DNA of 62,368 nucleotides, filler included, from Choristocarpus tenellus KU-1152 (lineage: Eukaryota > Protista > Phaeophyceae), in assembly GCA_964200185.2 (NCBI GenBank). It is 10 parts of 10 records of this genome, joined end to end, with 100 filler letters (N's around TTAATTAATTAA, not from the genome) between each part and the next. Parts side by side here need not be neighbours in the genome. Positions count along the whole stretch, not along the records: positions 50,654 to 57,686 come from CAXNAD020006815.1; positions 57,787 to 62,368 come from CAXNAD020013916.1; 8 more parts are not named here. The stretch is one strand, 5' to 3'. Below the pieces are notes generated by a model that saw only the letters and a program-made list of their open reading frames with translations, made no database searches and was not told the DNA's origin. This document shows positions 51,000-62,368 of this stretch, in pieces. The position numbers and the translations under genes are program-made. Position 1 is the stretch's first letter; the number at the start of each line of letters is the position of its first letter.

Positions 51000-53900
51000 A
51001 CTACGCACACCGTTCAAGACTTATTTGTTTTTTTAACTCACGTTTTGCAAAGGGAGTCGTGTGATGCTCATAGCCTGTAAAAAAACTTTAATTACATGAA
51101 CCAGTTGTTCTGGTGAAGCGCTCTGTGTAGAGGCTCGACGTCTTGTAGTGAAGAGGTGACCCAGTGCACTGAGGGATTGGTGGAATTGAATGTGATATAT
51201 CTTGTGATATGGTCTGTGAAGTACTGCACAATTCAGTGCTGTGGTCCAGGAGAGTGTTGCATGATCTGAGTTGAGGCTTGTAGATGTATCAGCTCTGTAT
51301 ATATCCCATCCAGATGTTAGTGTAGAGGTACACTCATTGCAGAGTGAATTGGAAGTCAGAACAGGGGTCAACGCCTTACAACAAAAACCGATAATGAGAT
51401 GGGAAGGTTTCATCAATGAAAAAAATAATACTCGAATCTATATATTTTATTAATGTAATTTTTCAACTGTATTTGCAATGTACCGACTGAGTTTATGTGT
51501 TGAACAACATCTACTAGGTGTGTCAAACATACTATAAACTATGCAAGCAAAGTACAGCGGTAAGTCATGATCATATACCAGAGCAGTATGCATGCAATGT
51601 GGATGCTTGCGTTTTAAACTGGAATCACAAGGAAGATGGGCACGGAGGGGTTTATTCGATTCTTGGAATGCCTCCCTAGCTCCTCCCCCCGGGGCACAGG
51701 TATAGGCAGATTGGAGACACAGAAAGGCAGTACTACATCATAGTGGTGAGGTTAACAAGTAGATTAGTGTCTTTCACATTTATGGCATTTTATTTCTTTA
51801 GGGATTATACTGACAATGTGTATAGTTTTCATTGGTTTCCCCCCTGACACATCTACATACTTACTAAAGAATAGTGTTAATATAGTGGATGGGCAAACAG
51901 TATAAACTAGTTGATGGTACCCAACTGCATCTATTAATCAAGGAGGAAGCAACCTATGTTTCAAAAATATAACGATCACTCCCGGCTGCTCATATTTTCC
52001 CTTGGTGTTTAAGCATGCATTTTTTCTCTCCCAACATGCATCTCATACTCCTCCGAATACATTGATACAGCCCTGTGCTTACATTCACGCCCTTGCCTTT
52101 CTTCAATCCCGAAATTATTGGAGAGAGGTCATTATTCCGCGTCTCTTTGTGTGCAATTGCTTTTAGGCACTCAAATTGTGTATCTGTTCCCCTACTCCCC
52201 ACTCTAAGGTCAGTTTCATTAATTGTCGACGCCCAATCTCTATCCTCTACCCCCTGCCTTTGATGCTATTACTGTGCCCTAATTATTTATTCTCATCACA
52301 CGTCAAGCTTACTCGAAATTACATCGTGATGTACATTGTCCAGTTTTTTCTGTACCACTTCCTGTCGTATATACCCTACCCCATTTTTTGTGACGGAGAA
52401 GACTATTTCCCCCCTTCTTTGCCAGAAGGCTCCCAAAATGTTCCATGCCTTCTACCCTCCATCCATTCAAATTTTCCATTTATGAAACCTAATCTGCTCC
52501 CCTTCCATAAGGATCCCGTCTTGGTCTTTTCCCGCTCAGTCCCCCTTCCACCACTACATATCTCCACACTGTTGATGCTTGCATTCCTTAGCCATCCCTC
52601 TCCTCCCCCTGATTTTGTTTCTCTTGCTGTAATTCTTTTCCATGCAGACCTTGTCGTTCTCGCTTCCTGTCCCCCATTCATTGAGTTTTGCGTCAGAAAT
52701 TTCGTGGGTACTTTTTTTCTGGTAATGTGCATTCTGGAGCGGTTAATCAAATTAGTTGGGGACACCTCGACCTGCAACACCGTACCATATGCCTGTTCCA
52801 TCGATTTTAAACGCCAGAGGTGGCAAGAGTGGATTGGTAGGGTCTGTAACAGAGTGAAAGTATCTTAGAGGGTACGAGTTTTTCCCTGTTTGTCCATTTG
52901 GGACTTGGCTTCCCATGTTTTTTTGCATGACATTTTCCTACTCCGACATGTTCGGAGTAGGTAAGATGTATATATTATGAAAATGTGTGTTCGCAACAAG
53001 GATATTGACACTTCCTAATAAACGCAATAGCCAAAATTACATCAATGTCGCAACATTGGATACAAACCCCCAAATGGACGCGGTCCTACCCTCTAAGATA
53101 CTTTGACTCAACACTGAGTGCTGATATGAAGGCAAAGCACCATACTTCTACCTAAGCAGTCTTTAAAGTTGGTGGGAGGGCAAGAAGCCCCTTGTCTATG
53201 TTGTCACTGTATGACACATTGAAGCATTGTAAATGTGCAACAGGATGAAGATCTCCGTGACTAATTTGTCTATGAATTGACACGCGCTACTTCTCGCACT
53301 AACTGTACCTCTTGATGGTGGACCTGATACCCCTTTTCCGCTTTTTTTTAGGTGACTGAACCTTTTCTCTTTGTGCTATATTGATCATTCTTTCCTTCCC
53401 AGTTCTTCTTCCTTTTTTTTTGTAATTGTGGACGCATTTTCCTGTCATTCTTTTTCTCTCTGCTTTTACTGTATTTCAATATCCCTCTCTTTATGTCAGA
53501 TACATTCAGTATTCCTCTCTGTATTGCATTTTCTAACCACGAGTCTTACTACAATTGTTGTGCCTTCCTCCCTGTGACCAGGGACACTTGGACCACGCAT
53601 CAAACTTATGTGCGATGTTTTATTCTATCATGTTCCTGATTTGATCTTGATAACCTAGGTTGAGGATACGATGTTGATGGCAAGTGACAATGCAAGAGTA
53701 TCAAAACGCCAGGTACAGTGTATCCAAAAACTGAGTTTGGCTTGGCAGAGTTTTTTTCGTGTAACGAGCAAGTGATTATTTTTAGGAGAACATGTAACCA
53801 CAGAGGGTCATGTTTTTCCATGTGTGTTGGCAAACAGGGGCAGCGGAACCATTAGCATTAAGGAGATACTGCGTACAGAACACTTGTAAGTACTCCATCT

Positions 53901-55890
53901 TTGTCCATGTCAAACAAATGTACTCAGAGTAGAGGAGTGGCAGGGACAGTGGTTGGAAGTTATGAAAGGGAAACTGCATCTAATTCTGCTATAAATAATT
54001 TTTGTGGAGGGTGCACTAAAGAAAGCACCTGTCATGAGGTTGTATTGGTCTTTTATGTTGAGAGGGGTGTTCCATGAACTGCGAACATCGAGATGGACTC
54101 CATGCTACCTCGATTGGTCGTGACAGTGGAGGTGTATATATACATGTACATGCTACAACTTCACATCAATACATATATTGCAAGTGTTCAGACTGTGGCT
54201 GCTTAACAGTTCTTGCTTCCTGAGAGAAAGTTGATATTTAAGATAATTCCCGCTGCTGTGTCATGGTTCAAGGTCCTCTTGAGTATGCCAGAGGATCTCA
54301 TCTAAGTCTTGTACTGGGTGGTTTCAGTACAATTTTTCTTGAGCTTTTTGGACCCTGATAATTTATAAACAGGTGGGTTTGTGCTCCCTAGTTGAGGCCC
54401 ATGGTTGCCTGTTGCACTCCCAGAACCTTCACACATTGCTGAAGCAATTGCGTAGCTATCAGTCACTATTCCAGTGGTGTTGTCCAATGAGGCTCCTTAC
54501 GAAGCTCCTTCCCTGCTCACAGACACTCCCCGCAGCTGTCTGGCACGGGGTCGGCTTCAGGGGGAAGCCTCGAAAACAAGACTTGGGGGCAGTGCCTTGT
54601 CCAGCACTACAAAGTGAGAAAGCGCAAGGATGGTTGTACGCACGAGGTCGCGAGGACAAAAGGTGGCGATTACCTTCGGCTGAGAACGGTGAAGTGTTGG
54701 ATGGACTCGCTAAGTTGTTGGGACAAGATATACTGCAATTGTGTAAGCCAAGCGATACGGTATTGGTGTGAGGACCCCATCCTAAGAATTTGATGCTGCA
54801 AGGAAGGGATTGAGAAGCAACTCTGTGTAAGCGGAAAGGTCGTCCAGAAGGCACTTAGGAAATTACGACAAACCAGAGGTTGGCCTTTATAACTACTATT
54901 ATTGTTATGTATGTGTTGTGGTAGTACGTTCTGCGCTACCCCAGTAGTTTTTGCCGTCTGAGAACTTGCAAACTGCGACTATGCCGAATGTCTAGATCAA
55001 AGTTATTTTCGAACAATCTAATCGCTTACCGCTTTTGTGTTCACATTGCTGAACTAGGTAGATAGCAGGGTCACATGCTTTGTGAACGAGGACAAGAGGA
55101 GGAGCTGGTCTGCTAGTGACTCGAGACACCACCATGTCGTTTGGTCTTAAGGCCAATTTTTATCCCTCTCATAATGGATGCGCTAGAAGTCTGGTTCGAT
55201 GTGAAAGTGTTAATGGCTAGAGATTGAGGTCATATGCACACCACATGACTGGGTGTGCATAGGTACCGGTTCCCTGGCCCTCTCGTACGTCCCTATTCAA
55301 GGAATGCCTCTACTTTAGACTCCTACAAATTGGGAATGACATTAGAAAAAGATATGAGACTTTTGTGTGGGACTGCATAAACCAAAATTACTCTGACGTC
55401 AAACCAGAAGGTAGAGAAATTTACCTGGGCTACATCTAAAGTCCTTCTGCATGCGAACTTTAAATCTTCCCTCCACATTACATACACAAACAACGAAATC
55501 CATACTCCTGAGTGTACATGGTTGATGTTATTTTCCATGGGATGTAAGTAGGGCTGCGAATCAACAAATAATGTGTAATACAACACAACCATTCACGTCA
55601 AGGTCAATGCTACAGTAGTACAAGGCTTGCACCCGCTTTCAAAAGATTACGACAAATCACTTAGGGAGGTATGAGGACATTGTCTCCACTGATAGGAGTC
55701 GAAATTGCAGGTACTGAAAATAGTATCATATTTATAGGTATCCCTAACCCTATCCGTCTAAGGCTCACTGCAGACAACACTGAAGTATATGGTGTGATGT
55801 TTCCGGCTGACAGTTCAAAGTTGAAAAATATGACTAGAGTTGGGTACCTCACAAAAGGAAAGAATTGTGTTTCCATTCGGTGAAACAATG
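51000..55890 (-). mobile_element. Region of degenerate transposase-like relics (possibly KDZ/CxC type)
   Basis: Cys-rich fragments and remnants TVPGVLI..CHQHRILNLGY, FIDKL and SCCT..NAS. Many stops and frameshifts. Confidence 0.3.
52852..53109 (+). mobile_element. MITE family A copy, TSD AACA
   Basis: Full-length copy with AACA on both flanks. Confidence 0.92.
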
Positions 55891-56073
55891 GGTCAAAGTA
55901 TCTGTGTGGGGGGGGGGAGGTTTGTCAGGGGGCGTCCGCTTCGGTCAAACAACTCTTTTTTTTGCTGATATTTCAAATCCGACACATGCGACCAAATCAC
56001 ACCAAAAAAGTGAAAATCGAAAAAAGGGTGAAAATCGGACGCCAACATCCCCCACCCCCAGATACTTTGACCC
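55890..56073 (+). mobile_element. MITE family B copy (GGGTCAAAGTATCTG...CAGATACTTTGACCC, with poly-G/poly-C subterminal tracts)
   Basis: Perfect 15-bp TIR. Confidence 0.88.
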
Positions 56074-56249
56074 AAAGACAATTACAAGGAAAAACCTTCT
56101 CCACTCACCCTCTCTCGTTCAATACCTTATCTATTTGGCATTGTACTGAACATCACACAATATCTGTCTTAATTTCCTCATGCTCATAAACGGGAGATCT
56201 ACTTCCATGGAGATGTAAACATGTACTGCTCTGCATGAACAAAATTATT

Positions 56250-57615
56250 TTCTTTCTTGCATGCTGCAGATATCTATATAAAGGGTGTCTTTGTGGGTAT
56301 TGGTATAGGTCACCTGTGTCACATAGTTTCTGGCCCCCACAACCTTCACAGCATTGAACACAGGCTTGCAGTGCTCTATGAGGCCATTGAGGACAGAATG
56401 TATACTTCCCAAAGGCAGCTTGTGCTGACCTTTGCGATAAACATTAATTCATTATTTTGGGCAAGGCAAAACTGCTTAACGGCGTCAAAATATTATCCTT
56501 TTTAGGGTACTGTTGATGAGTCCGAGCAAGATGCTGCTGGGGAACGTTATACTAAGTCCTGTGGTAGCAGGGAGTGCAAGGGAGTAGGATGTGGAGACAA
56601 AGGGGATGGATGAAGAGTTGGACCCTGGCATTGGTGATGTGGATCCGATGTCACAGCAGGAGAGAGTAAGAAAGATGTTTCTGCGACATGTGGATCCAAC
56701 AGTGACAATCCAACAGTGACGATCCAACAGTGACGATCCAACAGTGACCCTCCACCGGATCCAGGTGAGAACCTCTGGAACATAAACTGAGGAGATGTAA
56801 GAAGACTGATGGGCTTGGTTGTGGGTGAGGGAGCAAGTTTATTTACTCCAGAACTTAGGACGTTGGGAAATGCAATGGAGTCGAATGGGTATATGTGGAA
56901 TTAGATGGTGGAAGAAGAAATGGGCCTACACAGCAGATGGGCAAGGATCCAGTTAGCTTGCCCATAAAATAGGAACAAGGTTTTTGACTGAGGCGGGTGA
57001 ATAGGAAGGGAAGAGCGTAGAGGTCTAAGGCGGGACTAGGACTGCAGGATGGCAAAGTTTGATGGGGCGGTGGGATTGCTGAAGAAGTCCCTACAAGGGA
57101 TAGTCCAGGCGTTTCGGAACTAGAAATTTCTGGTGGTGGATGTTTTGGTGGAGCTGGGATTGGAACAGTCTGAGGCAGACCCATATTTATTCAGATTGAT
57201 AGTGGATGGTAAGGTCGCGATCATCACGATTGTCCATGTGGATGGCGTGTTGATGGCTGAGAAGTCAGGGGCAGGCTATGCTGTTGGTATCATCGAGGTA
57301 CTGAACGAGAAGTTTCCGGTGGTGAATTTGAGTGGGGTGACCAAGTTCATGGGCTGCAAGATAAGGAGGAACAGGAAAGCTGGGAATTTGTGGTGGACCA
57401 GACGTTGTGCGTTGATGACCTGGCGGAAACACATGGGATTGATAAAATTTATGAACTATCATTAATCACCAAGAGAGTGGAGCAGGAGGAGTATGTTGAA
57501 ACGACTACAGATCGATGGCTGGTGGGACACAGTTGGCAGCAACGATGACTAGACCTGAAGTGTTTATTGCAGTTCAAGCGTTGGCGTCATGTGTGGAAAT
57601 GTTGAAACCTGCCTG
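56250..57615 (+). mobile_element. Degenerate Ty1/copia pol relic (reverse transcriptase)
   Basis: LGLEQSEADPYLF...IVHVDGVL...KFMGCKIRR and YRSM...MTRPE match the Copia RT (RVT_2) pattern. Confidence 0.8.
56692..56747. repeat. 14-bp tandem repeat x4 (ATCCAACAGTGACG)
   Basis: Seen directly. Confidence 0.9.
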
Positions 57616-58000
57616 AATTGAATGAAGTGTGCTTTCGTGTGCTATGGCAGGTTTGTGATGAAGGGGTGGCCCAAACTATCTGGGGGNNNNNNNNNNNNNN
57701 NNNNNNNNNNNNNNNNNNNNNNNNNNNNNNTTAATTAATTAANNNNNNNNNNNNNNNNNNNNNNNNNNNNNNNNNNNNNNNNNNNNGTGATGTGATGTGA
57801 CATGAAAGCAGATAGGTGGTGTAGGTGACACCCCCCTAGGGTTACGGATCAGAGTTAGTCTTGCAGTCTTAGTATTAGGAGCGGTATTCCAAGCATTGTT
57901 TTCACACCTCACAAAACATTGCACCAGGTGACAGAGATAAGCATTAGGGTTAAGTTTAGAGATACACGCCACAAAAGCATTGTCCGGACAGACAGGCCTC

Positions 58001-60950
58001 TTATATCCAATACCCCCAAACAATATCTGTTGTGGGCAACAGATATTGCTGACCAAGTCGGGCTTGAGAGTTTCCCTGGACAATAACTATGGACTGATTA
58101 TATGGACTGATTATATGGACTGATTATATAGAGGACATGAACAACGTACAGTGTCAACCCTAACCCTAACCCTAACCTGAATGCCATGGACCACAAAAGA
58201 TCTTCAACCCTTGGGTAACACTATCATGCAACAAATAAAAATAAAATAGTTCATGTACCGTTCTGCCAACCAAAAACAATTATTTTTCACAGGAACTTGC
58301 TCTAACCCTAACCCTAACCCTAACATTTCTATTTCTACCAGCCACCAGGCAGAAAAAAGCATCACTTCCTCCTAAATTATAAAGGCGTTACAAATATTTG
58401 TATGTTACATGCATACACCATTGATATACACTATCAATATACACTATTAGTATATTGGTATTACATACACTATCAATATACAATTATCAGTATACACCAT
58501 CAATACACAATTATCAGTATACACTATCAATACACAATTATCAGTATACACTATCAATACACAATTATCAGTATACACTCAACCGAGACACAAGTGAGAA
58601 TAAAAACAAAAAAGGGACATTCGACAAGTCACTTACCATATTAACAATTCTAACTTTATAGGTGATGGTAAAGGTGTAGGGGCAGGTGGTGGGGTCAGTG
58701 GTGATAAGATCATGCTCTAGCTGTGCAGGGGTCTCATGTAGGTAGTCCTCCAGGTCATCCTTTAGCAGTCGTTCTCCCACTGATACCGTCTGGTCACCAC
58801 GCTGATGTCATGCCAATCGTGATTGTTGGGCAGGGGCCGGTCGAAAGAGGTGAGAAAGTGTCAAAAGAGGGGAGAAAGTGTCGAAAGAGGTACCACAATA
58901 CCAGCAAAGGAGACAATGACAATGACAATGACAAGGGCATTGGTATGATAGTACTGGTATGATAGTACTGGTATGATAGTCTGGGCATGATATGCATTGG
59001 AATGGTGTAAATTGGATGATAATAATAATAATAATAATAATATGACGCTAGTCAAAATGATCAACACAATTGTCTGTTGGATGAATAGAGAGGGTGGATC
59101 ACTCCTTAATACTAAATGTAGAGTTGAGGCTCAGCGTATCTGGGGGGGGTGGAAGCTGTCCATTCAGGGCCCATTTTTCCATGTCACGATTTTTGGGTGA
59201 TTTGGTTGCATACGTCGAAAGGATGATATAAGTGCACTTTTCCTGGTCAAGGCTCAAATGGACACCCTGGTGTAGACCCCCCCCTCCCTACCCAGATATG
59301 TTTTGCCTGAATAACTTGTGACTCTAATTTTTAATGCAAACAAGGTATTATCCTTTTGACCTGGAGAAAACTTACAACTAAAAAAGTTCATTTCTAAAAA
59401 CAGGGAGACATACATACATACATACATAATGAAAGAGGAGCAATGCTACACAATTTAGGGTTAGTGTCTTTGTCCTCAAGACTTTTGTTTGTGTGTGAAA
59501 CAAATCAACTCTATTCAAACAAGGCACACAAGCAACAAAAAGAAAAAATAGAGCTGTACTACTCTTACCTGTCCAAAAGAAAATGAATTACAAAAACAAA
59601 AGGTGTAAAAAATGAATACCAAACCTAACCATTATTGCATCGATATCTTGATCAGAAACAAAATAGGGAAAATCTACAATTATTGTTGTTATTACAACTA
59701 TGATTAATATTTTCTATTTTAAAATTTCATCGATACTGGTCATATTTTTTTTTGTCTTAAAATTTCATCGATACTGGTAATATTTTTTTTTGTTTTCAAA
59801 TTTCATCGATACTGGTCATATTTTTTGTTGTTTTAAAATGATCAAATATCAATTGGTCACAATCATTTATTCACACAACACGAGCAGCTGCATGGGAAAC
59901 ATCAAGCTTTCTTCGTCGGGACTGATTCAAAAACGTACTTGGCGCGGTGATTTAAATGAAAAATAACCAAAATAACCCAAAAAAAATCACATATAGTGTA
60001 CAGTGTACATGCAACACAAGAAAAAAAGGTATCATAAAAAAATACGAAACAATTAAAACTATTCTCAAAATGCAAATGTTTGAAAATTATTGTGTTGATG
60101 TGAGTGAAACACGAAAGACAATTACGTGCAAGAAACAGGCTCCTAAAATATACTCAGTGGAAATGAAACCAAAAACAAATAAAGTATCTATTTCTGAAAG
60201 GCGATTTTCAAAACAAGATACTTTCATAAACTACAGTACATGTTCAAAGAGATAATAATAATAAAAATATGTTACTGGCATGCAACATTACATACACCAC
60301 TTTACAGTACAACTAACCTTGAGATTCAAGCTGAGGATGACCCCCTTTGATTCATCCAAGGTGAGCTCCTTGAACTCAAGCACATCATCAACAAAAGTAA
60401 GCACCCCTCCCTTCTCCGGCACAGGAGCACCCTCCTTCAAGCCAACCTTAGGTGCCTGCCCCTGAACTCAGCCACCAGCGTGCGCACGCATGTGTATGTG
60501 TGTGTGTGTGTGTGTGTGTGCCAAAGAGCAGGGGAAGGGTTAGGGCTAAGGTTAGGAAGTAAGTTCTTGTACACACAGAAACTTGAGTATGTATAAATAT
60601 TCCATTGACATACAATGAATGAATCAGGTTCAAAGGCTCTCGAAAAATATAGTAAAGTGAATCCAAAGAACTTAGTGTAATACAATCAACAAATTCAAAA
60701 GTCGATACGTGCTACATGGAATCACAGGGACACACACACAGTCAACCCCAACCCTAACCCTAACCCTAACCCCAATCCTCACAAAAAAAAACAATAACAA
60801 GCCAAGGTGCGCCATACATTGAACAAGCACACCATTATATGGCCAGGCACGAGGGAGACGGCATAGGTTTTCTGGTTCAGTGAGGGTGTATTAATGGAGT
60901 CGTCGGCATCAAGAATATTACTAATTCCAATATCCATCTCTTCGATGTAT
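58001..60950 (-). CDS. 3' portion of an unidentified protein-coding gene; exons 60950-60833, 60461-60318, 58789-58655, 58075-58001
   Basis: Four segments with AG acceptors and GT donors join in phase 0 without stops: YIEEMDIGISNILD...GHIM|GQAPKVGLKEG...ILSLNLK|TVSVGERLLKDDLEDYL...TITYK|GNSQARLGQQYLLPTTDIVWGYWI*. Confidence 0.6.
58420..58580. repeat. 27-bp minisatellite (CAATACACAATTATCAGTATACACTAT), intronic
   Basis: Seen directly. Confidence 0.9.
59128..59307 (+). mobile_element. MITE family B copy, intronic
   Basis: Degenerate TIRs GTATCTGGGGG / CCCAGATA. Reverse complement of 23868-24019. Confidence 0.8.
59717..59836. repeat. ~39-bp tandem repeat x3 (AAATTTCATCGATACTGGT...)
   Basis: Seen directly. 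Confidence 0.85.
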
Positions 60951-61007
60951 CTACATAGCAGTCAAAGACGTCAGATAAGCCAAAAGCTCACTACCGGGCA
61001 GTCAAGA

Positions 61008-61167
61008 GTCCAAGTAAACCATCATCTGACATACTTGTACTGAAAAGGTCCAAGTAAACCATCACCTGACATACTTGGACTGAAAAGGTCCAAGTAAACC
61101 ATCACCTGACATACTTGGACTGAAAAGGTCCAAGTAAACATCACCTGACATATTTGGACTGAAAAGG
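61008..61167. repeat. 40-bp tandem repeat x4 (GTCCAAGTAAACCATCACCTGACATACTTGGACTGAAAAG)
   Basis: Seen directly. Head-to-tail with no unique spacers. Confidence 0.93.
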
Positions 61168-62368
61168 AAGTGGCTCGGCCTATCTTTGCATCAACAAAAC
61201 AGGTCTCTTGTACTAAGAACGAATAGTACCAGTACTACCAATCACAAACAAAATCACAAACACTGTAAATACATTCAAAATCACACTGTACAGCCAAAAC
61301 AACAACAACAACAAGTCTTCCAGCAAGAGCAAGTCACGGATTCAATGCCCAGTCCATGGTGTTTATGGTGTTTGAATACCAGCACAACAAAAGAAGGGGT
61401 CAAGGCAGTAATTAATACAGGTGGCATAAATGTTTCCCACCTCAAGTGCTTCAAGGGCTGTGGGAGAAAAGAAATTTCTTTACCTGATTCGCCTGCTAAT
61501 TCTATGGTAAACCCATTTTGATCTCAAAACATAAACTACCAAGTGCACTACAAAAATACACCAAAAAAGCTGGACTAACCCTAACCCTAACCCTACTACA
61601 ACAAAAAGTTCAACAAAAAAGGTTAGCATTGGGCCAATAGGATATATTCCTGTACCAACGGATCAATCGGATAAGCGCATGCATGACACCCAATGGGATT
61701 TATTCCTGCATCAATAGACCAATAGAGTATGCACATACACAACATTGAGCCAGCAAAATTCATACATCCCTTTGCATCGCCCATGCCCTTTCACCAATGA
61801 CATGCTTCTTGTGGGGGAAGACACTCAAATACACCAAATACACCAATATTCCAACATAATAAGATATCAATATATTATACACTTTAAGCTAATACACCCG
61901 TATATAGCAGAGTACAAATACACCAAAACACTAACATACCCATGAGCCAATCACACAAATATGTAGATAGTCAATATTTCAATAAAAATGTAGTCAACAC
62001 ACACAACAAAAAGAGGTACAACACTACATCCTCCATCCAACAAGAGCCTTCTAAAACATATGCCAAACTCTGCAAACATGTACCACCAGAGTGTCGTTCG
62101 TATCACACAAGAAAAATAATAACTATGTTACTGACAACATTGCCAGGCACAGCTAAACCCAACACGAACAAATCTGCTCACTCCCACAGTGGCATCGTAT
62201 GGTATGGCATGGTATAGTATAATGCTCACTGACTTGACAATAAAGCAAACAGAAACAAAAGCAGGATGTATGTGACAAGTGACATTAGTTGACAAATGTT
62301 GCCCATACAAAGCTCCCCAGTTCTTCTCCTCCCGCCTCCTCCCCCCCCCCCCCCCCCTCCCCTCCCCC

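Noticed and set aside
52176-52868. 230-aa hydrophobic ORF as a membrane protein
   Set aside because: A pyrimidine-rich strand artefact running into a MITE, with no recognisable motifs or splice structure.
14641-57786. Recurrent TTAATTAATTAA motif as a biological repeat
   Set aside because: It is always embedded in 100-nt N runs, so it is an artificial six-frame-stop linker.
61008-61167. CRISPR-like array (also considered for 24441-24600)
   Set aside because: Units are head-to-tail without unique spacers, there are no cas genes, and the context is eukaryotic.
58150-61600. (CCCTAA)n tracts as a true chromosome end
   Set aside because: Only 2-4 units each, and interstitial within introns.
1-62368. 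tRNA, rRNA or endogenous viral (NCLDV) genes
   Set aside because: No recognisable structural-RNA or viral hallmark sequence was seen by eye. tRNAscan-SE/Infernal and ViralRecall would be needed to exclude them.

Overview
Eukaryotic nuclear DNA with GT-AG introns and scattered TTAGGG repeats. The gene and transposon types suggest a stramenopile, probably a brown alga (inference). Nine 100-bp N spacers each contain a TTAATTAATTAA six-frame-stop linker, so the window is probably ten concatenated contigs and adjacency across spacers is not trustworthy. The first contig (1-14640) is gene-rich. It holds a 4-exon HPS6-like (BLOC-2) gene on the minus strand, head-to-head with a tiny nuclear gene for the split C-terminal fragment of mitochondrial COX1 (Cox1-c), plus a 5-exon CAMK-like pseudokinase. 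Other contigs carry the last two exons of CCT6 (chaperonin zeta, not visible in the ORF track), five exons of an IFT54/TRAF3IP1 gene with apparently tandem CH domains, and four exons of an unidentified gene. The rest is transposon debris: tyrosine-recombinase retroelements, a Ty3/gypsy element with chromo- and Tudor-like domains and two inverted LTR copies, Copia and RLE-LINE relics, probable KDZ and Sola2 transposase relics, three MITE families with GRG...CYC ends (4-bp TSDs verified for one), a ~1.2-kb foldback and several minisatellites. All family assignments come from motif recognition by eye, not from database searches.
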